A stretch of 64,000 bases of DNA from the human T2T-CHM13v2.0 reference genome, Homo sapiens: NCBI RefSeq assembly GCF_009914755.1, contig NC_060927.1. One strand, 5' to 3'. This document shows, piece after piece, positions 16,161 through 28,854 of the stretch. Position numbers and translations under genes: made by a program. The notes beneath the pieces are model-generated. The model searched no databases, had not been told where the DNA came from, and worked only from the letters and a program-made list of their open reading frames with translations. Every line of letters starts with the position of its first letter. The stretch's first letter is position 1.

Positions 16161-18469
16161 AGAATACTTTTCTTCATGTCAGGTTTGAGACGGGAATGCA
16201 GGATGTTCACGGCCCCTCCTCATGTGGTCTGTTGGCTGAGGGTGTGAGTGGAAGGTAAACATTTTCCACCCTCTGCCTACAGGGTGCACAATCCGCCCAC
16301 AGGTATCTGAGTATCTCGGACATTGTCGCGTGGTCATTATAATTCAGAACCACACTGCAGCAGAGCCAGACACCAGAGCAACCTGGGGAATGCAGCCAAG
16401 TCCTTGAAGGAGACAGGAGAGGAGATAATAACCTTAAAAGCGGGAGGTGTTGGGGAAAGACTGAGGAGACAGGGGATCTCTCCCCAAGACCCTGCCCCAC
16501 CCCTGATGTGTGGGGAGCGGGGCTGACTACCTCATTGCCACACCAGACTTGGCAGCCCCTCTGCCGGGACCCTGGCTGCAGATCCACAGGACTCGGGTGC
16601 CTGATCCAAGTTGGTGAACCAAGATCCCCCAACCCGTGCCCCATCCTGAACCCTGGGGCCCTGCGGGGAATGTTTCTTAGGCAAAGGACCAGCACCCACT
16701 AGAGGAGACAGCCTTCTCGCCCTTCACACAAAGAAGAGTCTGGAATGATCTCTCACCCACCCAACACCTACGACCTTTAAAACCTCAGGGCTCCAGCTCA
16801 GGCACAGACCAGTCAGGTGCAGGGTCATCCACAGTAAGAAGGAGCTCCTGTGAAAGCAGAGAATCCTTCAGAGCCCTCTCAGGCCTGGCTGGGGCGTTCT
16901 CTGGCCCCTGAAACCTTTGGGGTGTTGAGTTACCTGACCTTGACTCTCTGGTCGTCCACCCTGCCTCAAGGGCAATCAGTCTGCAGCCTCCTGCGCTGCG
17001 CGGGGCTGGGGACCTTCCATGCCCTACCTCACCTCAGCTCCCAGCAGCCCTGCAAGGAGTCCTGGGCTAGCTAGCTGGGCACCCTCTTACGGATGCTGCT
17101 CCTCTGTGCCTTTTATCACAATGATAACAGAACAATAGAGCAGTACGTTGTCTAACATTAATACCCTGTGAAGTCTGTGTCCCCTGGTCACTAAACCCTA
17201 GCTCCCACAAGAATGTGATAAACTCAGCTGACTAATTATTCATTGCTTAGTGTCTTCTCTAACAGAAGATGAGCTTCATGATGCCAGTGATGATGTGTAC
17301 TTTAATCCATGTCACACTGCCCGCCTGTAGCTGAGTGTCCTGCAATGTGGCTGGTGGTCCCCACTGATGAGGCAGAGGTCACACACTAGCTGAATGGATG
17401 AGTGAATGGCCATCCCATGTTACAGTTGAGGACCATCCCCACCCCATGTTACAGGTGAGGAAACTGAGGCTCCGATTAGGTGCCTTGCCCAAGTTCCCAC
17501 AGCCACCAGGCGGCAGAGCTGGGTGTGGACCTGTCTGCTTAACACAGGTGCTCATCTTGGTCCCTTCCACTGACTCCTGGGCAAGGGTGAGCTGCTGATG
17601 CCAAGGTCTGTTTGCATCTACCTTTGCTGTGACCCACGTGGTATGGCGCCTTCTCTGGCTGAGAAGGCTGAGGCTGACTGAGCTCTCCCCTCCCCAGGCA
17701 GAGCTCCAGGAGCTGTCCCTCCCTCCAGAATGCCTCTGCTGGCATGTCCCAGAGGCCCTTGTCCCTCCCAGGTGTGGGGAGGGCACAGCTCCCCCAGCCC
17801 TGGCGCTGTCAGCTGCAGCAAGTGCTGGTATCTGGGGTGGGGGAGGACAGGCAGGAGGGCTTGCAAGCCACTGGTGGACATCCCAGCATGGGCCCTGGCT
17901 CCAGCTGACCCCCCGCCCCGTCAGAAAGGCTGAAACATTTCCATTTGTCACCACACGTCAGACAGGGGAGACAACTAAGTGTCTCCGGGGTCTCCAGGGG
18001 TCCCCTGGCCTCTGGCCTGCGTCTGCCCACGGCCAGTGGTGGCTCAGCATCAAAACATCCTACAGGCTCCTTGGCCAGTCCCTGGCTGCGCCCCGGGGTG
18101 GTGTGTGCTGCACAACTATTCTCCTCAGGGCCAGGGGAGAATGAGGCCATGGACAGTGGTGGCCCCTGCCTGACACCCCGCCCTATCCAAGACAAACTCT
18201 TCTCCCCAAACCCCCATCAGTCTCTTCCTCTTCCTTAGATCCAGGCCCAGCCTGTCATGCTGTGGAGTTGATTTATTTTTCTTGTGGCCTTGCTCTCAGT
18301 GGGGCTAGAGAACAGCATGTCATCACCCTCTCTAAATACTACAACTCTGCAGAGAATTGATGAATGTGACTCATCACCCTCCATTCGCCAACTAGAGAAT
18401 CCCCAGGCCTTTCTTTGTTGATATGAGTGTGATCATAATCATAAAAATAACAGTAACAATAATAATGGC

Positions 18470-18715
18470 AGCTCACAATTACCGAACACTTGTTATGTGC
18501 CAGATACTATGCTAAGCACTTTCCCCACATTATTCCATTTACTCTTTGCAACCCTATTAAGTAGGTACTCTTCCTATCCTATTACGCAGATGAGGAAACT
18601 GAGGTTCAGAGTGGCTCAATGCTTGTAACTTGTCCTGGTCACATGGCCAGGAAACAGCAGAGTAGGGGCAATGTGCAGAACTGCTTAACCCCAGCGCCTA
18701 GGCCTAACCACTGTG
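18470..18715. mobile_element. MIR SINE (one of many; others near 8240-8400, 17440-17570, 20080-20190, 22310-22450, 34940-35130, 45300-45460, 48520-48750, 55080-55220, 59760-60120)
   Basis: MIR core ACGCAGATGAGGAAACTGAGG and GTAACTTGTCCTGGTCACA. Confidence 0.75.
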
Positions 18716-19789
18716 CCCCGCCCCATGAGCCCAGCCCCAAGGGGTGTTTTTAAACTATGATGTCACCCCCCATCTCCTACTTAACCACCAACCCAAGCCA
18801 AAAGTTCAACCCCAAAACAGAGACCAGAGCAAGCACTGTGTTTCTACCAAGGGCTACAACCAGTGCTGCTGATGTAACAGGGAAAGAGGCCCCAGAGGGA
18901 CATTTGCATATGATTGCTTGCAGTTGGCCTCTGATGTGTACCAGCCACCTCTGTCCCTGGCGATGTCAGAGTCAGAATCGTCTCTGTCCCCATGAAAATT
19001 ATAGCATCTTGATTTTTCTCTCCTTTCATCTCTTTCCTGATTGCTGTCATTGATCCTGGCACATCCCAGAGAGAAATACCCCCACTGTGGCAGGGGTCTG
19101 ACATGCAGGCCACTCTGTGATTAGGGCAGTGTTCTTTTATCAACCCAAAGTCACTGCCTCCATGGGAGAGAGACAGAGGGAGGAGTCACCCCAAGGGCAG
19201 TCACCGTAGAAGAGGCCTGAGTCAGCCCCTCTGACCAAACACCCTTGCTGGAGGGCTGGGGGCCCAAGAGCCAGCACCGTGGAACGAGGAATAGGAAGAT
19301 GCCTGCCGAGTGGGAGAAGAGATGGTGAGAGAGGGCAAGAACTGGGCCGAGGCGCAGGGGTGGCCGGTGAGCCGGCTGTGTTGGCCGAGGCAGGCTGGGA
19401 AGCTGTGCTGGAGGTGCTAGACTGCTTCTGAGCAGCAAATTTTCTGGATTTCCTTTGTGTTCCACTGAATGAGCGAAACCTGCACAAAGCTCTGCGGAGC
19501 TGAGAGCAATCAAGGAAAGCACCTTTGTCCATGCGGTGCCAAGGACAATGCCTGGGCCAGTGAGGTGGTAAAGACAGGACCAGGAGAGAAAATTCCAGAA
19601 GGGGGAGCTCAGTGACTTGGCTCGTATATGTTGGGACCACTTGGTGGGCTACCCCTTCCCACTTTAAACCTGAGCCTATGGGATCTGTTCTAATAGGGAA
19701 GTCTGTTTCCTCACATGTCCTAAGGGGGAGACCCCTGGATTTTAAGAACTGCCATCAGACAGGAAAGGCCCCTGGTGGCTCCTCAGTCA

Positions 19790-19804
19790 CAGAGACAGAG
19801 AGAC

Positions 19805-19841
<37 letters not shown>

Positions 19842-19845
19842 CACA

Positions 19846-19882
<37 letters not shown>
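19790..19882. repeat. Compound microsatellite (GACA)n(CA)n
   Basis: Seen directly. Confidence 0.95.
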
Positions 19883-19885
<3 letters not shown>

Positions 19886-20694
19886 AAACCAAATCTCTCT
19901 CCTGCCTCTCCTCTGAGTCTCCTGTTAGCCTGAGGGCTCCCCAGACCTCCTTCCCAGATTCCTTGGACACACTCCTTTCTCCTGGGCACGTAAAAACATC
20001 TGTCTGGTAGTCAGGCTGGGTAAAAACTAGTACCAGAAAGCGTTCCAGGGTATTTCTCCCACTTAACCAACGAGAGGACAAGTTACTTCACCTCTGTGCC
20101 TCAGTTTTCTCTCCTGTAAAATGGAGATAATCACAGTACAGCCCTCTTCTTTGCTGTGGGTTTAAGTGAGTAGATGAACGCACGTAGGGCGGTGGCTGGT
20201 TCAGGCAAGCTCTGCGTAGGTGTGACCTCTCACTGCTAGTGATCGTTCCACCATGGGAGGGCCAAGGTGGGTGGGAGAAGCAGCAGGGAAATGGCACATC
20301 TGCACTGCCTGAAGGGCTCAAGCCCGGAAGTCCGGCCACCAACTCCACTTCCCTGAGCTGGGCTCAGCTGCAACCCCCTCAGGTCCTTCCCGGATGTGGA
20401 GATTCAGCCAGGGGCAGCCTTCTTCCTGGGAGACCAAGGTGACTGCTGCCTACACTGTCCCTACCTGACAGAGAAGCATGGGGGGTTGGGAGACCCCCAA
20501 AACTGGGGGCCAATGTGTTATGCAGATACATGTCTCTCCTAAAGGCTTAGAGTCTCAGTTTTGAGAGACAGATGGAAGACATGCAGTCAGGATCCACAGT
20601 CTCGGATCCCAGGGCAGACTTGGGAACTGGGCAGTTCTCATTCTGCCTGAAGAAAACAGTGCTTCCCTCACCCCTACTGCTGTCAGCCTCACCT

Positions 20695-20695
<1 letters not shown>

Positions 20696-20725
<30 letters not shown>

Positions 20726-20752
20726 ATGTGTGTGTGTGTGTGAGAGAGAGAG
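20696..20752. repeat. Compound microsatellite (CT)n(GT)n(GA)n
   Basis: Seen directly. Confidence 0.95.
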
Positions 20753-20879
20753 ATAATTTGCACTATTTCACTTAATCACTTTCTTGAAAACGCAGGCCAA
20801 GCCTCCAAAGAGTCCTCTTTACACCAACCTCAGAGGACTCGTGAGTCCTAGGGAAACTTGCCTGGGGAGAAGGAACTCT

Positions 20880-21080
20880 CCGGAAGGCAAACACAGCAGC
20901 TCCTTTTCTGGGCATATGGGAGGATTATCAGGCTCTCCAGGAAGCCATGCTGGATGAAGGCCACTGTATCGCTTCGTGTCCCCGTGGAACTCATAAGCAG
21001 ATTTTGCACTCTATTAATCTACATCTGTTTGCACGTCCCTGCTGTCAGCAGCTTCTGTCTAGGGAGGCGGCAAACACGCA
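20880..21080. promoter_or_regulatory. Candidate intron-3 endocrine/islet enhancer core
   Basis: Packed ATTAAT, CATCTG, TGTTTGC and TGCTGTCAGCA at 21013-21050, plus GCAAACA at 20887 and 21070; ADCY5 intron 3 is known to hold an islet enhancer. Confidence 0.55.
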
Positions 21081-21861
21081 GTGAAAGGAGCGTGGGCTCT
21101 GGAGCGGCCACTTGGGTGCAGCCTGGCTGTACCACTGCTGGCTCGGGGACCTTGAGCCCTTGAGTCTTTTAATCTAGAATGCATTCCCCACCCTTTTTTC
21201 TTTCTCCATGACTGGCTTTTTAAAGAGTACACAATGTAGGCTGTCCCACGTTCTGGATTTGTCCAGTTGTTTCTTGGTGATGTGTTTTTTTCTTTAAACT
21301 TTTTATTACAGAAAATTTCAAATAGAGTATACATGAAGTAAATAGCATACATGAGCCATCTATCAACCGGGTGTGTTGATAAAGGTAGCTGGCTTGCAGT
21401 GCTGTCAGGAGGACTGGTGATAAGGTGGGCAGAGCCTGGCCCAGTGCCTGGGACGCACTGGCTTAGGAGGCATGGAAGCTGCCAGATGGTGGTGAAGATG
21501 AGATGATGGTGGTGACATTCGGGTCCCAGTCTATGCTTTCCATCTCTCTTGGTAGGCTAGGAGCTCCTCCCCAAAGCGGCTGGTGTTGCTTCCTCCTTTC
21601 TCCTCCTCCTGTTTTTATTCTCTCCCTGCAGCCTCACTGTCCCTCCCTCTCCCCACCCCCAAAAAAGCTCCATGGGACACCATGATAATTCACTCATTTA
21701 ACACACCTGGAGGGGTGGGGCTGGCATGCTCTAGATGACACACTCCAAAGTCACCAAGCCACCCTGTCGGGCTGTGCCCACTTGAAAGGAAGGAAGTGGG
21801 ATGTCTCCACAGGGGTCCAGCTCTCCCTCCCTTCCATCCTCCTCCCCCAGCTTCACCCCTA

Positions 21862-22434
<573 letters not shown>

Positions 22435-22849
22435 TTAAATGAGATCCACTCCATCAGTTATCAAATACTTATTGAGCACCTACCATGTGCCAGGCACTAT
22501 TCTGGGGACCAAGTGAGTTAACACCAAGAGTGAGACAGGCAAGGTTCCTCCTTCAGAAAGCTTCCGGTGTCATGGGGGTCTGGGGCGCCACTATGGGGGC
22601 ACTGAGCAGGGACACCTGATCTCCACTGGAGTAGTCAGAGACGGCTTCCTGGAGACTGGAAGGATGGGGTGGGGAGGAGGTGCTCCAGTTCCACCTGGGG
22701 GACAGTGGCCCAGGAGAGTGGGAAAGCAAACTGACTCAGAGAAACCATGTCACAACCAGTGGCAGGGGAGGTGGGAGAGAAGCAAGTGGAGGGGCAGGCC
22801 ACATCACGGAGGCTCACGTCAGCCTGTTACGGAGTCTGGACTATGCTCT

Positions 22850-24545
22850 CTTTCTGAGCTCCTCTCCCGGGCCTGCCCTTCTCCAAGATGCCCAGCTGCC
22901 TCCCTGCCAGGCTCCCTATCAGGCTGGTGCACATCATTCGCTCATCCCCAGCCTTTCATTTTGGCTGCCTCCAGCCCTCCTCATTCTCCTGCCCTTCACT
23001 CTGCACCAGATGCTAGAGTCACCCTCCCACATGGTCCTGAGATTCTTCTGCTTCTATGTCATCTCTGCTTCGTCTCCCTCCACCTGGCCCCAAACATGGC
23101 ACGTCCCACCTCTGTCCTCGCCCCATTCACGCCTGCACTCTGGGAGTAAGTCCATGGCCAAGGTTCCCACTATAGAGGTGGCTATATCAGCCATTTCCCA
23201 CATCCCTACCTCCCGTCCATGGCTTGCCAGCCTCCAGCTGCCCACCTGGATGTCTTGCCACCACCACCCTGACATCACACCCAAACCACACTCACTTTCC
23301 CACATTGTCATTCCCCAATCACTTTTCTTTCAATTTCCCTGCCTTTGCCTGGGACAGCCCCATTCTGCTGCACCAGTGTCAACATCCTGCCCACGTAAGT
23401 GGCTTTTGCTTTTCAGATCTTTCCCTCTGACACTCATTCCTTTCCCCTCAGCCGCAGGACCTGTCCAGCACTGACGAAGTCCTGCTCATCTGGAAACAGC
23501 TCTCACACTTGTCCTTTCTGTTCTGTGCCTTCCTCCACTGCCCACATGCAGTTCTCGCCTGGCTCTTGGATTCTGGTCGCGACACCCTGGACCGACAGCC
23601 TCCCTCTGCCCTCCCTGACGCCTGCACAACCCCGATCTCTCTGAAACACTACCTGTGCTCAACACCTCCACAGGTTTTCTAGTTTCACCAGCCACATCAC
23701 ATATGGGTTCTTCCAGACCCGCTGAACTCACTCTTCCTTATTTTCCACTGCAAAGCAAAGCCCATGTCCCCCTACCCCCTTGCTATGCCTCATGCTTGCC
23801 TGGCCCGCTCCTGCCACCCCCAGACTGGCTGCTGCTCCTCTCCTTGCTGAAGCACCCTCTCCACCCAAACCTCAGCCTGTTGCCGCCCAGGCCACCTTCA
23901 GGGCCAGACTGGATGACCAGGGTACCCTCCAGATCACTTTGCTTGTCTCCAAGCTTGCTGCCTCTGGTCCATCCTTCCCACTGCAAGCAAGCAACTGCTT
24001 TTCCTAAAATACGCCAGACCATGTCGCCTTCTAAGCCTCCTGACACTGCTGAGATCAGCCCACGCCCACAGCCTGGCCTGGAGGTTTCCATGACCTGACT
24101 CCTCCCTGCCCTTCCACCTGCTGTCCCAGCAGCACTGAAATGAAATCCACACTCCACTCCAGATAGAGCAGAACACAGAGGCCCCCACACTTCCTGGGGT
24201 CTTTCTTGCTGTTGTGCACAAGCTCCTCAGCTGGCATCACCCTCCTCCTCCGCTGCTCCTCACCCTCCTTCAGGGTCTCCCTTTTCCCAGGAGGAGGTCC
24301 AATTCTGGCTGCTGGCATCCCCTCCCCCACTCGCTGAAACGCCACATCAGTGGCCTGTTAACTGTGTGTGAGGAGAGGCCACCTTGGGGACCGGAGCTGC
24401 GTCTTGTCCAGTGCCACAGCCCAGAGCCTTATGCTCGAGAAGCTGACACATTAGTGAAGGGCGGTGTTCTCTGTGGGTCGGTCTGGTCTCCCCAAGCAGC
24501 AGGAAACACGACCACCAAAGGCCAACTCTCAGTAAATAGTTACTG
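22850..24545 (+). mobile_element. Degraded L2 LINE fragments
   Basis: C/T-rich L2-like blocks ending with ...CTCAGTAAATAGTTACTG; boundaries approximate. Confidence 0.55.
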
Positions 24546-26503
24546 GTGATAGAAATAGGAATTAAAAGACAGTGTGGGATGACTGGGAGAGACCGTGCTA
24601 CAAACCGTTTGGCTTCATGAGAGGCCCTCCTACATTTACAACCACCTCTGGGGCTGAGGGCCAGGAGGGGTGGGCAGGGGGCCGCTGAGGAACAATTCTG
24701 AGCCCACTCATCACAGGGCACCTAGAAGCTTCCCCCAGGGAGCCCCAGCAGCTCTTTCTGCACGCCTTGCTGGCTATGGCCGGTTGAGAAGCACCTGTCT
24801 GCAGAAAGCTTCCCCTCCTCAGCACATTGGCTCCGAATATGGAATGGCAAAAATATTTTCTCCCCTAAATCCCTGTGGATTTGGTGGAATGCCCAGACTG
24901 GCCCGGGCAGAGCAAGGAAACTGTGGCAAGCTGTAAAATGGTAATTCCCCTGGAGAAGTGAGAGGCACAGCCCCAAAAATGGAAGGAGGAGGTATCCTGA
25001 TCTCAGGTGAGAGATGCTGAGGCCTGGAATGGGGATGATGAGGGGCTTTTCAGGAATGCTGAGGCCTGGGGGTGAGTGTGGTGCAGTGTGCCAGAGGCGA
25101 GGTACATGTGTTAATAAAGGGCAGTGGGAGGACCCCAGGGACCCTGCCAGCAAGGGCTTCCTTCAAGATGCTGGACCAGAAGCTCAGACAGGGCCAGAGT
25201 GAATGGGGAGAGCCAGGCTGGGGACTGGTCAGCTTAAGTGGAGACCTGACAAGACATGGCGACCACCGAGGCAGCGCTGGAAGGGAAGTGGAGACAGGTG
25301 GGGACTGGGGGGCCTGGAGAGGTACTACAGAGCTTTGCCCCCTCGTTTGGCTGTCTGGATGTCACCAGCCATATCACTGTGACTCACTTAGGATGCAACC
25401 AGATGGCATCAAGGACACCCCCCACAGTACTAAAACATTCTGCACTCAGGGTGGCCACAGCATGTGCTCCGTGCCAGCCTGGAGCCATGAGTGACCACTG
25501 CCATCTTGGCCATTTCTCCGTGTCCCCCACACTCAAAGGCAGACCTTCCATGTTCATATCAGCCATGGGGGCTGACGCAGCATGCGGCACTTAGATGAGC
25601 TCCACTGATGCTTGCTGAGGGTCTGGGGAGATGGTAATCTAAGATGGGAGGGAAGGCCTCCGGTTTGGAGCAACCTTATCTCACAGGAGCCAGTGGGAGC
25701 CCCATCACCCTGCAGACCCGCCCACTCTCTCCCCTAGGCCACACAGCCCCCCAGGCCTCCCATGTGTGAGCCATGACTCAGAGTCACCAGACCCCTACCT
25801 GATTCACACACAGAAGAGGAGACAGTGGGGATCCAGACCTGGAATCCAAACAGGACTCCGCCCCCAAAGAGGGAAGGGCTGGACCCCTGATGTGGCCCTC
25901 AGCCCTGCTCCCACCCCACCCAAGAGTGGTGCACACAGGGCAGGTCCCTCTTTGCACCAGGAATCTGTGGCCCTGGGAATGGCCTGCCTTCCCTGACCCA
26001 GGCAGTCGGTCTAGGAAGAGATGGGACTTTCTTCCTTCTCAGAACCACCAAACCCCAGAACTCAGAGAGGGGAATAGCCAGGTGTGGGGTGTTTCAGGGG
26101 ATGACAGCTCCTGTCTCCTCTTCTTCTCCCTCATCCCTCCCCTGCGGAGCACCTTAATCCCAGTTAGGAATGCTGGCTTCTCTCCTTACTCCAACTCAAG
26201 GCGGGGTGCAGTGCGGGGAGGGAGTGGTGAGCAGTGTGGGGAAGGAGTGGGGGCCGTGTGGGGAGGGAGAGAGGGACCCTCTGGCTGCTGGGCTTGTTTG
26301 CAAACCACAGGGACGCCACATGGCTATGGGCACCAGGCCTTGGGCACGGGCTGGGTAGAACTCACTTCCCACAGGGCCTGGAATGCTGGACTCTCTCCAG
26401 GGGAAACATTCCCCATGGGTTGGTCCCCTCCCGGGGAGTGGGGCTGGCAGCCGTAATAAGCACTGCCCGCCCTAGGCCAGGCACTCAGCTGAGGTACATC
26501 TCA

Positions 26504-26722
<219 letters not shown>

Positions 26723-28854
26723 CTAGCTCAGATCCTGACCTTCCTGGCCCCAAAGCATGAAGCCCTCAGCCCCTGTCTCAGCAAACTCACACCTGGCGCT
26801 AGCAAACAAATGCTGAGGGCACCCCACACGCGGCCAACCACTGTGAGCAGCCGAGCATAATCGATCGGGCTCTCTGATGTCCTCAAAGCCAGAAGTTTGG
26901 CTGGCTTGTCATGGGATATGTCCTCTAAAGACACTGAATCACCTAATAATCATACTAAACATGCCTATAGTACCAGAAATTAAAAGGCTACATGTACTGT
27001 GACAGAGCTGTGTGTGTGCTCGGGGCAGGAGGGCCACTGCAAGGAAGGTGCCACAAGGGTGCTGGGATTTCACTTTTGAAAGTGTGATAGAGTCCAGTAC
27101 AGGACAAGGGGCCACCCTCCCCCAGAGATCAGCTCCGATGAATCAAGGATTCTCGAATCCCCTCAGGTCCCCAGCACTGTGCTAAATGCTCTAGGGAACA
27201 AAAGGGCAAGGCTGGCCAGTCGGGGTCCATGGCCACAGTGGGTCTCCACTCCTTCCTCCCTAGGCTTCTGGTCTTTCTGTTGCCAGCTCTCTGACAACCA
27301 CTGCACCAGCCGGCCAGTGCCTGCCATTTCCCCCGCTCCCCAACAACTGAGATGTGTGTGTGGAAAAACACCACTGACCCTCCAGGTCAGCAAAGTCAAA
27401 GCTGGAATTCTTTTGAAGGGAATACTTACTGAAAAGCTAAGGGAAAATGAAACACAATACAACACGACACGGAAAGCAAGGTTATACGGTACATTCAGAT
27501 CCCAGTGAGTGATGTGTAGGCAAAATTTCTCTTGGCAGGTAGAGCTCCTGGATATCTGAGTACATGGGTCCTGTTGTTGTCCTTGACGTGGGGCCACATG
27601 GAACAGAGCCACACAATGATGCTCCGGCTCCTAGGCTGTGGGGGCTTTGAGCTGCACCTCAGTTACTCCCACCAAAAACTTCCTTAGTCCCAGCTCCAGA
27701 AAAGGAGCCTGGGTCAGCCGCTGCACCTTCTGCTGTGGCTCCCTTAGCCCTCAGGAGGCCTGTGTTAGTCCCAAGTCCTGGGGTAAGGAGGGCACTTGGC
27801 CATTTGGATCCCAAAGAGTCTTGCTGTGGGACGTCGGCTGCCTGGCAGTGGCCCTGGCAGATGACTCCTACGCTCTTCTCTAGGGGCCTCTTGGCTCTCG
27901 ACTCAGGTCTGCTTTCTACCAGAAGGCTTTGCCCACCACAGCTTTGCGATGGTCCTGCTCTTGCTCCTTGCTGAATGTGGTACCATCTTTCCCTGGAGAC
28001 ATCCCATGGTGTGTGTGCCCCGGTCCATGAAGACTTTCTCTTTCCTATTTCAGGCTCTCACTCCCTCCTGGCTGAAGAATGCCCTGAGCTCCCCATGTGT
28101 CTCCTGGATGTGCCTTCCAGGAAGGGGCAAGTTCAGATTTCTAGCTCCACTGCCTCAGACGACTACTGTTGCTGACTCATAACTCCCATATCCTTCCACT
28201 CCAACCCCATCTACGCTAGCATCCCATTGCTGTCATTTTATGTAAACACATGGCATAGGAAAAGCCAACCTATTTATCATAAGGAAAGACCCCTGCTCTT
28301 CAGAAACTTACAATCTACTTGAAGAGTGTTATAGATGGAATGTTTGTGTCCCCCAAAAGGACTGCTGAACCAAAGAATGGCTGCTTGAGCCCACGGCTTC
28401 TGGAAGATTCATCAGAGGCAAGAGTGCAGGAATGGGAGACGGGTCCAGATGCTGCCACAGAAGCCCAAAGCATGAGGGAACAAAGACCTGCGTGTGGCTG
28501 GGAGCCATTCAGGGCAGAGCTGACTCAGAAGGAAGAGCCCCTAAGACCAGGGAGAAGAAAGTCCAGGAAGAAATAGACCATGGCCTGAAGTAGTAACCAA
28601 TGCTGTGATTATGAAGTGAGACCCCAAAAACAGGCCTCTGGGAAGTCACTGGGAACCACTGGGAGAGGATAAGGAGGAAGAGATGAGGAAGTGAAGGCTG
28701 AGGGGTAGGCCACAGGGAATTCTGAAGTATGATCTAGTTAGAGGAGATCTGTGTGAAAAGAGAGGAAGGTTCTCAGTGATAAAAACAGGAGTGAGACAGG
28801 AGAAACTGGGAGGAAGAAGAAGATGAGGAGCTAGCCTCAGACAGGCTAGTGCAT

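Noticed and set aside
22680-23474. 264-aa + strand ORF
   Set aside because: Lies over pyrimidine-rich L2-like sequence, is low-complexity Pro/Ser/Leu, and has no recognisable homology.
25014-25069. 14-bp direct repeat ATGCTGAGGCCTGG
   Set aside because: Only two short copies; likely local slippage with no other supporting signal.
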